From IMG/VR virus record IMGVR_UViG_3300032308_000833, positions 1-64,000 of that record: 64,000 nucleotides of DNA; one strand, written 5' to 3'. Source of the stretch: a virus. A model generated the notes under the pieces. It ran no database searches. It was not told where the DNA came from and was given only the letters and a program-made list of their open reading frames with translations. Below are positions 7,754 through 16,290 of the stretch, in pieces. A program made the position numbers and the translations under genes. Each line of letters opens with the position of its first letter. The stretch's first letter is position 1.

Positions 7754-7789
7754 TATATATATAAGATAAAAGATTTACTAGAAAGGTAA

Positions 7790-8049
7790 ATGAAAATGAA
7801 GATATACGGAATATCACAAGATTACGAAGGTACTTTTGACGAATTGTTTTTTGATAAAGTAAATGCTGAAAAGTTTTTAGCAGATTATATTAAAGAAGGT
7901 CAATATGACCTAAACGATTTTAGAGTTATAGAATTAGAGGTGAAATAATGAGAGGATATGTTGAAGCCTACGAGGTATACGAGGCTAGTCTTCCAGAGGG
8001 TGTTGAACCTGATGAAGATTACTTCTACAAAATCTTTAGAGGCGAATAG
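7790..8049 (+). other. Two acidic microprotein genes (7790-7948, 52 aa; 7948-8049, 33 aa)
   Basis: Manual translation; GAAAGG and GAGGTG SDs; TAATG overlap. Confidence 0.65.
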
Positions 8050-8057
8050 CCCCTATA

Positions 8058-8121
8058 GTCTCTAGGTGAGCCTAGGCAAATAAGGTCGAAAGACATGAGC
8101 CCTAGCAAATAAACTAGAGAC
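8058..8121 (+). ncRNA. Twin-motif hairpin, copy 1
   Basis: Outer stem GTCTCTAG/CTAGAGAC encloses TGAGCCTAGGCAAATAA, a GTC-GAAA-GAC hairpin and TGAGCCCTAGCAAATAA. Confidence 0.6.
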
Positions 8122-8123
8122 AA

Positions 8124-8139
8124 TGTGACTAAGGTCACA
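8124..8139. promoter_or_regulatory. CRP/GlxR-type box TGTGA-N6-TCACA
   Basis: TGTGACTAAGGTCACA upstream of the 8179 promoter. Confidence 0.6.
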
Positions 8140-8178
8140 AAAACTCAATAGGATAAAACGGACATTAGATAGCGAAAA

Positions 8179-8200
8179 TGTCAGACCCCCCCTATATGAT
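8179..8200 (+). promoter_or_regulatory. Early promoter TGTCAG-N10-TATGAT
   Basis: Duplicate of the 7732 promoter. Confidence 0.7.
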
Positions 8201-8225
8201 AGAGATATAACTAAATAGAGTGCAA

Positions 8226-8282
8226 GGGTATGAGCCTAGCAAATAAACCTCTTCAAGAGGGTGAGCCTAGCAAATAAGACCC
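8226..8282 (+). ncRNA. Twin-motif hairpin, copy 2 (in a 5' leader)
   Basis: GGGT/ACCC stem, TGAGCCTAGCAAATAA twice, apical CCTCT-TCA-AGAGG hairpin. Confidence 0.6.
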
Positions 8283-8322
8283 CCAAGAATTAAAATAAAC
8301 AAAATCTTGAAAGGATTAAAAT

Positions 8323-8753
8323 ATGAATAAAATAAATACTCAAATTGTAGATGTGATATGTGTTTGCATGATATGCGAAACACCTATTAGAACCTTAGTG
8401 CTTAGCACTAGGTTAAAAGATGTAGCACTATTGTGTTACGATTGCCAATTAACTAAGTTAGTTGATAAAAAAAAGGTAGGTATATAAATGATATCCTCAA
8501 TATCCATTACTAGCGTACTAGGTGACGGCTTAGATGTGCCGTTCATCTACGAAACACACTCTATTCAACACGCATTAGAGATTATACAAAATACTATTGC
8601 ACTAGGTGCAGAAATAAGCGAGGTAGTGATTAAATGAGTAACTTAGTAGAGGCAACATGTTGTAAATGCCAAATAAAATTCGATATATTGGCTAAGTATT
8701 ATTCTGCACCAGCATTGTGTTATCATTGTGCTATGGCTACGGCAGGATACTAA
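8323..8753 (+). other. Three coupled microprotein genes (8323-8487, 8488-8637, 8634-8753); two have CxxC pairs
   Basis: Manual translation; SD motifs; abutting or overlapping stops and starts. Confidence 0.6.
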
Positions 8754-9032
8754 ATGAAACTAACACAACGAGGCAAGAACCTACAATTAGTGTTATACAC
8801 AATAGTGTTCACGATACTAGCGATAGGTATTTGGCATAAGTATTTCAATAACAATAATTGCACAGACAAATACACAGCAGAAGTATTATCCAATGTATTC
8901 CTATACGGCGAGGGTATCGAAGTAGACAGAGCCATTACTGCTATCTATAACAATGGTGGGTGGGAAGAATACAACGCAACAGGTGAGGTGTCTGTAGTGT
9001 TCCCATGTTTAACCAATGAGGGTTTGGTTTAG
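8754..9032 (+). CDS. Small membrane-anchored protein
   Basis: MKLTQRGK followed by a hydrophobic helix; two Cys in the predicted extracytoplasmic part. Confidence 0.7.
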   Translation: MKLTQRGKNLQLVLYTIVFTILAIGIWHKYFNNNNCTDKYTAEVLSNVFLYGEGIEVDRAITAIYNNGGWEEYNATGEVSVVFPCLTNEGLV

Positions 9033-9287
9033 TTTTTGGTGTGTGTAGTGAAGTTGTTTTGATAGTGTGTAGTGAGTGCTCTAAAAAAGTGCTCACTATA
9101 TTTTGTTAAATTATTTTTTTAGATCGTGCATCATACATCTGAACAAAATATTCAGATTTTAGTAAAAATGGTTTTATAATATATATACACGGCTCTATCA
9201 AGGGACATGATCTCTGAGAATCGTAAGCCCCCATCATCTGCTTAAAGCGTGGTGGGGGTTCTAAAATATAGGTGGTATACTTTACTT

Positions 9288-9851
9288 ATGATTAATTTTG
9301 ACGAGACGGTAGCCAAGGCTGTCAAGGATGTTCAGACTACAGTTAAAGATGGTACTAGAACCGAAGGATCTATTGATGGGGTTCTTACCAATAAGCCAGT
9401 AAATCACGTAGATCATAGAGGAAGACTTTTTGAAATTTGGAACGGTACTGAAGACTTTTGGAAAGATCCAGTTGTATACGCATACATGTTTTCTATTGCA
9501 CACAACACATCAAAGGGTTGGGGACTTCATTTAGAGAAAAAAGATAGATACACTTTAATTAGTGGTGAGTGCATAACAATTTTATATGATCCAAGATTAG
9601 ATTCTCCAACATACGGAATGATTCAGAAAGTTACATTAACTCCTCAAGGTATAAGACAATTAGTAATTCCAACTGGCGTGTGGCATATGAATGTCAATAT
9701 TTCTACAGATGAAACATTTTTAATTAATCATCCAACACAGGTTTATCATCATGAGGCACCAGATAGATATTTGTTAAATTGGAATACTAAAGATATTCCT
9801 TTTGATGTTTCTAGTGTGTTTCCTAAAAACTATGCATCCTCTTGTCAATAA
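9288..9851 (+). CDS. RmlC-like cupin (dTDP-4-dehydrorhamnose 3,5-epimerase family)
   Basis: DHRGRLFE, KGWGLH, YDPRLDSPTYG, IPTGVWH; leaderless start 6 nt after TGGTATACT. Confidence 0.8.
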   Translation: MINFDETVAKAVKDVQTTVKDGTRTEGSIDGVLTNKPVNHVDHRGRLFEIWNGTEDFWKDPVVYAYMFSIAHNTSKGWGLHLEKKDRYTLISGECITILYDPRLDSPTYGMIQKVTLTPQGIRQLVIPTGVWHMNVNISTDETFLINHPTQVYHHEAPDRYLLNWNTKDIPFDVSSVFPKNYASSCQ

Positions 9852-10644
9852 AGATGTTCTGGTTATAGTACCAACTCATTCTAGAGATCATACTTTTAGT
9901 TATACTATAGATAGCATATTAAATCAGTCATATAAAAATTTTAACTTAGCAATTATTGGCGATGGTGTTAGTGAAGATTATAAAAAAATTATTCAGAAAA
10001 TAGTTGATTCAGATGATAGGGTTTTTTTCTATGATAATAAGAAGACTAAACTTACTGGTAAAACTGGCGAGGTACATAGAAATAAACCAATAGAAGATTT
10101 TAACCCTAAGTATATAACGTATTGTGGGGATGATGATTTGTTAATTCCTAATCATATAGAAAAGATGCTTGAGGAGATACAGGGTTATGATTTTGTTAAT
10201 CCTGTTCCATATATGGTTAAGCAAAAAGATACTAAAGCAGAGTATCTTGGTAGATTTTTAGATAATAAGGTTGATGCAATTTATTTTAAGGCTTATAATT
10301 TTGTATCACTTACTGGAGTTATGCATACTAAAAAAATATTTGATAGGGTGGGTGGTTGGACTGCTGCTCCTAATGCGTTGGGTACTGATCATAATATGTG
10401 GCTTAAGTTTGTGAAGGTAAAAGATTTTAAGGCAAAGGGTTCAAGGTTTTCTACTACTATTAAGATTAATCGTTCTGGTATTAAGAGACAACATAAGATA
10501 ACGTTAGATGATGAGTTAGAGTTTATTAAGGAATGGTCTGAGGCTATTAAAGATAAAAGTTTTGTAGAAAAATGGAACGCGTATATGGATCAGGTTATAG
10601 TTAACAAAAAGGCTAACCCAACAGTTTACGACATAAAGCAATAA
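9832..10644 (+). CDS. Glycosyltransferase family 2
   Basis: VIVPTHSR, SILNQSYKNF, IIGDG, YCGDDD. Confidence 0.85.
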   Translation: MHPLVNKDVLVIVPTHSRDHTFSYTIDSILNQSYKNFNLAIIGDGVSEDYKKIIQKIVDSDDRVFFYDNKKTKLTGKTGEVHRNKPIEDFNPKYITYCGDDDLLIPNHIEKMLEEIQGYDFVNPVPYMVKQKDTKAEYLGRFLDNKVDAIYFKAYNFVSLTGVMHTKKIFDRVGGWTAAPNALGTDHNMWLKFVKVKDFKAKGSRFSTTIKINRSGIKRQHKITLDDELEFIKEWSEAIKDKSFVEKWNAYMDQVIVNKKANPTVYDIKQ

Positions 10645-10661
10645 AGGTGTATACTATAGGC

Positions 10662-10781
10662 ATGGCTGATTATTTATATAATGAGTTTTTTGAGGTAGTT
10701 AGTTGTGATTGCTGTGTGTACGATACTGACTGTGTTGGTCAACTTAAATTATGGGAAGATAATCAAGAAAAACCTAATTAA
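10662..10781 (+). CDS. 39-aa Cys-rich leaderless microprotein
   Basis: MADYLYNEFFEVVSCDCCVYDTDCVGQLKLWEDNQEKPN; ATG 6 nt after TATACT. Confidence 0.5.
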   Translation: MADYLYNEFFEVVSCDCCVYDTDCVGQLKLWEDNQEKPN

Positions 10782-10787
10782 TATTTT

Positions 10788-11534
10788 TTATTGACAGCCG
10801 TGTACTTCGTATATTTTTTGTTTTGTTTTTTCAAAAAGATGTTTGTATCTTACGTTAGCAAAATATCCACATAAGTCTTCTTGTGTGTCGAACCAAGCCT
10901 TGTCTAGAGGATTCTTTTCATCAGCGAGTCTTTGAGAAGACATTAAGAATATGTCGTAGTAATCTTCTTCTGTAAAGTTTGAGTCTGGTCTGAAGTGTAC
11001 GTGATGTGATCCTGAGAACCATACTGCGTCGTTAGTTTTGGTTTCGTATAGTGTGTCTTCTACGTAAAAGTCCCAATCAACTGTTTTATTTAATTGAATT
11101 GTATTAGTTACGTGCATTCTGTCATGGTGTTTGTCACAGTGTGGCATTAAACTAGGTAGTCCAGCCTCTTTGGTGTATCTTGCAAAGAAAAGTCCTGGTT
11201 CTTGTACTTCTTCGCCAACTAGTGATTCTATTTTCTTTTTAAATTTTTGTTTTACAGAATCAGGGTACATGATTCCGTTTTCTTTTTGTTCGTTTAGTAT
11301 ATAGAATCCGTTGTTAGAAATTTTTAGAAAGTAAGCCCATTGGTCTTCTTTTTCGTCTATTCCTCTTTGCATTGTTTTTACAACAACGTCATATATTGCA
11401 CCGTATTCTTCGGCAGTGAAAAAGTTTTCTTCTACAAAGTGATCTGGTTTAGCAGGCTCAACGTGATGTGCCTTCCACTTGGGATCTAATTGCTCTAATG
11501 TGTTTTCCATATTTATCCTATTCGTTGTTTCCAT
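10788..11534 (-). CDS. 2OG-Fe(II) oxygenase-like protein (paralog 3 of tandem trio)
   Basis: ARY..LMPHCD...DW...FSGSHHVHFRP: HxD...H triad plus Arg. Confidence 0.75.
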   Translation of the reverse strand: METTNRINMENTLEQLDPKWKAHHVEPAKPDHFVEENFFTAEEYGAIYDVVVKTMQRGIDEKEDQWAYFLKISNNGFYILNEQKENGIMYPDSVKQKFKKKIESLVGEEVQEPGLFFARYTKEAGLPSLMPHCDKHHDRMHVTNTIQLNKTVDWDFYVEDTLYETKTNDAVWFSGSHHVHFRPDSNFTEEDYYDIFLMSSQRLADEKNPLDKAWFDTQEDLCGYFANVRYKHLFEKTKQKIYEVHGCQ

Positions 11535-12165
11535 TATAGTTCATTTTTTTATTGTATGTTTCAACATCGTATAGTCTTTCCCATTCGAGGCACCATAGTC
11601 CGTTTCTTTCATCCATAGTCTTTTTGTGTTCTTCGCTTAGGGATCTGTCTTCGTCGGTTAGTTCGTCAATTTGGCATACAATTATGTCGTAGTAGTCGTC
11701 TTCTTTAAATTCTACGTCTGGTCTCCAGTGAACATGGTGGGATCCTGAGAATAACACTCCATCATTTTTGCGGGGTATAAACTTTTCGCCTTCAACATAT
11801 ATATCCCAATTAAAGGTAGTATCTAACACTACGGCAACAGAAAAGGTTGCTTTCTTTAAAGCCCTATCGTAATGTGGCATAAGTAAAGGTTTGTGACCTG
11901 ATTGTAATGAATATCTAGCATAGTGAACTGATATTCTTTCTATGCTGATTCCTAGTTCTGTTCCTATCTTTTTCCACAAAACACTAGAAATGTTGTTATT
12001 TAAATAAATCCCTGTTGACGTGTATCCTAGGTCTTCAACAACTCTCACATATTCTGCAACTTTACTGTTCTTATCTATTTCTCTGTAAAGGTTTGCGTAA
12101 TCTTCGTCGTTAAAAATGTTTTTTATTAATTTTGGTTTAAGGTTGGAGTAAGCCGTTAGACTCAT
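11518..12165 (-). CDS. 2OG-Fe(II) oxygenase-like protein (paralog 2)
   Basis: ARY..LMPHYD...FSGSHHVHWRP. Confidence 0.75.
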   Translation of the reverse strand: MSLTAYSNLKPKLIKNIFNDEDYANLYREIDKNSKVAEYVRVVEDLGYTSTGIYLNNNISSVLWKKIGTELGISIERISVHYARYSLQSGHKPLLMPHYDRALKKATFSVAVVLDTTFNWDIYVEGEKFIPRKNDGVLFSGSHHVHWRPDVEFKEDDYYDIIVCQIDELTDEDRSLSEEHKKTMDERNGLWCLEWERLYDVETYNKKMNYNGNNE

Positions 12166-12769
12166 ATTTTTTCCACCAATCTGTGCTTGCTTCTGATCTG
12201 TTCTTAATCATGTCGTCCCAATATTTGTTATCAAGTCTTACTGGATTCTTGTCTATAAATTGAACTAAGAAAAAATCATAGTAATCATCTGGACCAAATT
12301 CTATTTTTGGTCTCCAATGTAAATGGTGTGTTCCTGAAAACAAGAATGCTTGGTTTGATTTAATTTCAAACTCTTCATCTTCAGCAATGATATTCCAATC
12401 AAGTGTTGTGTCTAAAACAATTGTTAAAGTAATGGATCCACAGTCAATCATTGTGTCGAAGTGTGGTTTTAAAACTGGCGGGTATCCAGTTTTCCATGTG
12501 TATCTATTATAAATAAACATGTGCTTATCTGGATCACTATCCAACGGATACACTTCGTTAATCTTATCCAACATGATTTGGTTATAAGGTTCTTTGATGT
12601 AAACGTTTCTAGCAAAATATCCCATTGGTTCATTTAACTGATCTTCATCAAAATCATGTTCCGATATAAGATCATACAAACCTTTGTATTCCGATTCTGT
12701 AAAAAAATCGGGTATAACAGTTGGCTTCAAATCAAAATAAGGTTTATCTTTATCTGGCCACTTAATCAT
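12137..12769 (-). CDS. 2OG-Fe(II) oxygenase-like protein (paralog 1)
   Basis: NRY..LKPHFD...FSGTHHLHWRP. Confidence 0.75.
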   Translation of the reverse strand: MIKWPDKDKPYFDLKPTVIPDFFTESEYKGLYDLISEHDFDEDQLNEPMGYFARNVYIKEPYNQIMLDKINEVYPLDSDPDKHMFIYNRYTWKTGYPPVLKPHFDTMIDCGSITLTIVLDTTLDWNIIAEDEEFEIKSNQAFLFSGTHHLHWRPKIEFGPDDYYDFFLVQFIDKNPVRLDNKYWDDMIKNRSEASTDWWKKYESNGLLQP

Positions 12770-12955
12770 TTAACTAATAACACCATTGTCTTTTAACGTG
12801 TCATATAACAAACCATTCATATACTTCAACTGTTCTGCCCCTTGTTCAATAAATTGTTCCATTTCTTGGCCAGTTATAGCACCAGCATCAACAAGGCTTC
12901 TGTTAAAAGTATTAACAGTGTCACACATTAACTGTACTGCTTCATCTCTGTACAT
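12770..12955 (-). CDS. Small hypothetical protein
   Basis: ORF track; GAAAGGG SD; TATAAT upstream. Confidence 0.7.
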   Translation of the reverse strand: MYRDEAVQLMCDTVNTFNRSLVDAGAITGQEMEQFIEQGAEQLKYMNGLLYDTLKDNGVIS

Positions 12956-13134
12956 ACATATACCCTTTCTCGGTTATCATACTATTATAGCCTATACTAT
13001 AGAAAATAACCACAGGTTGACATGAGGGCATGTGTCATGCAGGGTTTGTCAATGTTAGGGTTTGTTACTTCTATTTGTCGGGCGATCGAACTACCGTTCA
13101 AAAAAATGTAAAACTCTGTTATAATTTTACTACA

Positions 13135-13356
13135 ATGGAACTGAAAATGGCTGCCGAAGTTATCGTGAGTGTCTTATCCATAATCGGATCTATCGCCCTA
13201 GGTGTTAGATGGATGGTAAAACATTATTTAAGCGAACTTCGTCCGAATTCAGGATCCTCTCTCAAAGATCAAGTAAATCGCTTAGAACAAAAGGTAGAAA
13301 TAATATATGACATCATATTGTCGAACTCTAAAAAACCTTCTAAGCGTCAAAAATAA
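13135..13356 (+). CDS. Single-TM membrane protein, DUF2746-like (holin-associated type)
   Basis: TM helix followed by ELRPNSGSSLKDQVNRLE, a motif typical of actinophage membrane proteins; start after TGTTATAAT. Confidence 0.65.
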   Translation: MELKMAAEVIVSVLSIIGSIALGVRWMVKHYLSELRPNSGSSLKDQVNRLEQKVEIIYDIILSNSKKPSKRQK

Positions 13357-13359
13357 TTT

Positions 13360-13540
13360 CGCTCTATATATATAATATATATCTTATATAAGGTATCTTA
13401 AGGTATTAGGATATCTTTTTTTTCTTTATATATATTAATTATACACATTGTTTTCCTGGTGTAATATAAATTCCCTCACAAACCTTAAAAACCAATTATA
13501 ACGATTTGGTGAATTCTTTATTAACAACTTATCCACAAAC
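13360..13540. other. Candidate replication origin: AT-rich palindromic tract plus DnaA boxes
   Basis: (TA)n-rich 13364-13445; TTATTAACA 13518 and TTATCCACA 13529. Confidence 0.45.
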
Positions 13541-13571
13541 CTTCTGTATACCTGGCATGATATAATTTTAT

Positions 13572-13630
13572 GTCTGACACCTGAGTAAATCTCGATACCC
13601 ACCGTTTCTTGGGTGTTGGACTTTTAATTT
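13572..13630 (+). ncRNA. Promoter-driven small hairpin RNA
   Basis: TGATATAAT 13558-13566; 14-bp stem with four G-U pairs; 22-nt loop; U tract. Confidence 0.6.
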
Positions 13631-13653
13631 TAATAAAATGATATAATGCTAAT

Positions 13654-14028
13654 ATGTGTACAACCGTAGAAAAATTTGGATCTGACCCCGCCACCCTTAA
13701 ATGGCAAATAATTCGTGGAGACTCTTCTCTGATAAGAATTGACTTTTTACAAAACGACGAAACAACACATTACGACACAACAGGATGGACTTACCTTGCC
13801 TCCGCATATGACCCTAAAACCGATATAATCGACCCTCTAACGGTCGTTTCAGGCTCAGGGTATGTCCAGGTAAAGGTAGACCCAAGTTTGAGTGCATTTT
13901 GGGGCTCTACGTACCGTTCTAGCGTTGCAGAACTTATGTTTGATTTAGAAGTAACTATCGACGACACAGTTTGGACACCAGTTATAGGAACCATCACAGT
14001 TCTTGGTGACATCAGTGGTACCTTATAA
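13654..14028 (+). CDS. BppU-N-like virion structural protein
   Basis: IRGDS...FDLEV...TPVIGTITV.GD; paralog of 14894 and 19231. Confidence 0.65.
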   Translation: MCTTVEKFGSDPATLKWQIIRGDSSLIRIDFLQNDETTHYDTTGWTYLASAYDPKTDIIDPLTVVSGSGYVQVKVDPSLSAFWGSTYRSSVAELMFDLEVTIDDTVWTPVIGTITVLGDISGTL

Positions 14029-14129
14029 TGCCAGTCATAAAAATTTCAAATGTTAAAAATGATTTACCGTCCGTTATAAAAATAACAGACTCAACAGGCT
14101 CAGAAAAAATCGTAAAGATAACAAAATAA
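14028..14129 (+). CDS. 33-aa hypothetical protein
   Basis: MPVIKISNVKNDLPSVIKITDSTGSEKIVKITK; TAATG overlap. Confidence 0.5.
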   Translation: MPVIKISNVKNDLPSVIKITDSTGSEKIVKITK

Positions 14130-14138
14130 GGAGACGCT

Positions 14139-14867
14139 ATGGCAATATCACGCAGCATGGGTTTTCCTATACAAGAAAAACAAAAAATTAATGCAGTTGA
14201 TCAGGAAACCCCACAACTACAATTTTTACCAGTCCCAGGACCACAAGGTGCACCAGGACCTCAAGGTGCAATGGGGCCACAAGGAATACAAGGTCCTAAA
14301 GGTGAAAAAGGTGACAAAGGTGATGCTGGTGCAGATGGAAAAAATGGCAAGAATGGTATAAACGGTAAAAATGGAGAAAGTTATTTTCCAGTTTACAAAC
14401 AACAACCAGGTTGGGCCAGTTACGAAGACACATCTTCTAAAATTTTTAGCATAGACCCATCCAGAGGTGAAAACGGATGGCACGATTTATACATTGACAA
14501 AAAAGGCATATCAAAAAACCAATCATTCCTACCATTAAACTGCAACACCCTTTACAACGAACAATCCAGAGTACTAACATTTAGAAGTTTAGAAATAGGA
14601 TCAACTGTTAGACTTACCTATAACTTTTCACTTGAAACCTTTATTAACAATACTGAATTTTGGTTTGCTACCGTATACCCCGAAATTGACAAATCAGTTC
14701 TAACAATGGTTGGATCATTTAAATACCAAGGAATCTTTGACCTAACAGTTGACCAAACCATACACATAGAAAATAAAGAAATGTGGTTTAACTTCTGCAG
14801 ACCATATGCAAAATCAGATCATTTAACAAACCTAATACTAAAAAAAATATATGTATCAGTTTCATAG
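14139..14867 (+). CDS. Collagen-like (Gly-X-Y) fibre protein
   Basis: About 16 G-X-Y triplets (GPQGAPGPQG...GKNGE) followed by a beta-rich domain. Confidence 0.8.
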   Translation: MAISRSMGFPIQEKQKINAVDQETPQLQFLPVPGPQGAPGPQGAMGPQGIQGPKGEKGDKGDAGADGKNGKNGINGKNGESYFPVYKQQPGWASYEDTSSKIFSIDPSRGENGWHDLYIDKKGISKNQSFLPLNCNTLYNEQSRVLTFRSLEIGSTVRLTYNFSLETFINNTEFWFATVYPEIDKSVLTMVGSFKYQGIFDLTVDQTIHIENKEMWFNFCRPYAKSDHLTNLILKKIYVSVS

Positions 14868-14893
14868 CATGATATAATGAACTAGGAGGGTTT

Positions 14894-15247
14894 ATGGCAT
14901 TTCCAGGCACATACAACATTAATTATTACAAGGGTGACCGTTATGAATTCGTTATATACCCCAAAGACGCTGCAGGCAACACTTTTGACTTAACAGGATA
15001 TACCTCTGCCTTTTCCATCGCTGGCTCAACTGGACCAGATCCAGAAGAAGGCCCATTTGCAGCAAGTGCAGTTATTAGCAACGCTAAAGATAAAATTACT
15101 TGTGTAATATTACCAGAATTAGGTGCAGATAATCTAGATGCAGGAACCACATACTATTACGATGTTCAAGTATCAAACGGAGTAGAAGTTGTTTACACAC
15201 TTCTAAAAGGAACAATCACTGTAACAGCAGATGTAACTGGTGCATAA
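14894..15247 (+). CDS. BppU-N-like virion structural protein
   Basis: YKGDRYEF...DLTGYT...YYYDVQV...LLKGTITV.AD. Confidence 0.7.
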   Translation: MAFPGTYNINYYKGDRYEFVIYPKDAAGNTFDLTGYTSAFSIAGSTGPDPEEGPFAASAVISNAKDKITCVILPELGADNLDAGTTYYYDVQVSNGVEVVYTLLKGTITVTADVTGA

Positions 15248-15831
15248 TGGCTGACGTAGTATTAACCACGGACGAACTATTAGTATTAAGCGGACCAAGT
15301 AGCGTAAACGTAGAAGTTGACTTTGGACCTGAAGGTGAACGTGGAAGTTTATTTTATGTTTCAGTAGGAAACCCAAATACAGCACTTATTGGCCAAACCC
15401 CAAAAGCAAAAGACCTATGTGTTAATGTTTTAAAAACAGATAACGAATACTCATATGTTTATCAATACAATTCTGATGGTGCTAACGGATTTCAATGGTA
15501 CCCAATAATTAAACTAAGCCCACTTCAATATAATAAGATTTTAACTGGAACATTTGTTGATGGATCTAAAGTATTTAATATTCCTGTAAATTATATTGTT
15601 GATGAAGAAACTTCTCAAACCTTAACTAGTGCAAATTTTAATATCACTTACAGTATTCCAAACGAAAACCCAATAGCGTCTTCTATAGAAATAGGTTCTT
15701 TTACAAACGACCCAGTAAGTGGATTACAGGTAATTCCAGTAACGGTAAACGCTGTTGAATATGCTAGTGCTACCTGGCAAAATTTAGACGGTGTAAAAAC
15801 GGTTCATTTTGTAATATCTATCGTGGTATAA
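15247..15831 (+). CDS. Putative minor tail/virion protein
   Basis: GPEGERGS motif; beta-rich; context. Confidence 0.6.
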   Translation: MADVVLTTDELLVLSGPSSVNVEVDFGPEGERGSLFYVSVGNPNTALIGQTPKAKDLCVNVLKTDNEYSYVYQYNSDGANGFQWYPIIKLSPLQYNKILTGTFVDGSKVFNIPVNYIVDEETSQTLTSANFNITYSIPNENPIASSIEIGSFTNDPVSGLQVIPVTVNAVEYASATWQNLDGVKTVHFVISIVV

Positions 15832-15849
15832 TGATGAAGGTGATGAACA

Positions 15850-16290
15850 ATGGCTGATGTTAGCATAGGAAATATATATTCCACTAAAGTTCCAGGCTAT
15901 GAAGATGCCGCAGATATTCAGACTGCTCTGAGAGCATACCATTACGGCTCAAGCACATATGATGAAACAAACAGTAATACTGCTGCACTAGTAAATCCAT
16001 CAATTGCATACCATTTAAAAAATATTCAAGACTCAATTGATGCATTAGAAGCATTAGGAACAGGTTCCGTTGTTTCAAATACACAACCAACAACAGTTAC
16101 AGAAGGATTATTATGGTTGGACATAGATTCAACACCAGGAAACACACCAGTAAACCCAACAGCAATTTACACAGCAATAGAACCAGCAACACCAACAGAT
16201 GGAACTCTTTGGGTTGTAAAAGGATCTAGTCCACTTGAAATGAAAATTTATAATTCAGCAACTTCTGATTGGGATACCATAGGTGCATAA
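15850..16290 (+). CDS. Putative tail-fibre component
   Basis: Repeated P...G.LW motifs typical of fibre proteins. Confidence 0.6.
   Translation: MADVSIGNIYSTKVPGYEDAADIQTALRAYHYGSSTYDETNSNTAALVNPSIAYHLKNIQDSIDALEALGTGSVVSNTQPTTVTEGLLWLDIDSTPGNTPVNPTAIYTAIEPATPTDGTLWVVKGSSPLEMKIYNSATSDWDTIGA

Noticed and set aside
8067-8277. TGAGCCTAGCAAATAA x4 as a mini-CRISPR array
   Set aside because: Repeats are only 16-17 nt, the intervening 12-15 nt segments are self-complementary hairpins, and spacing is irregular
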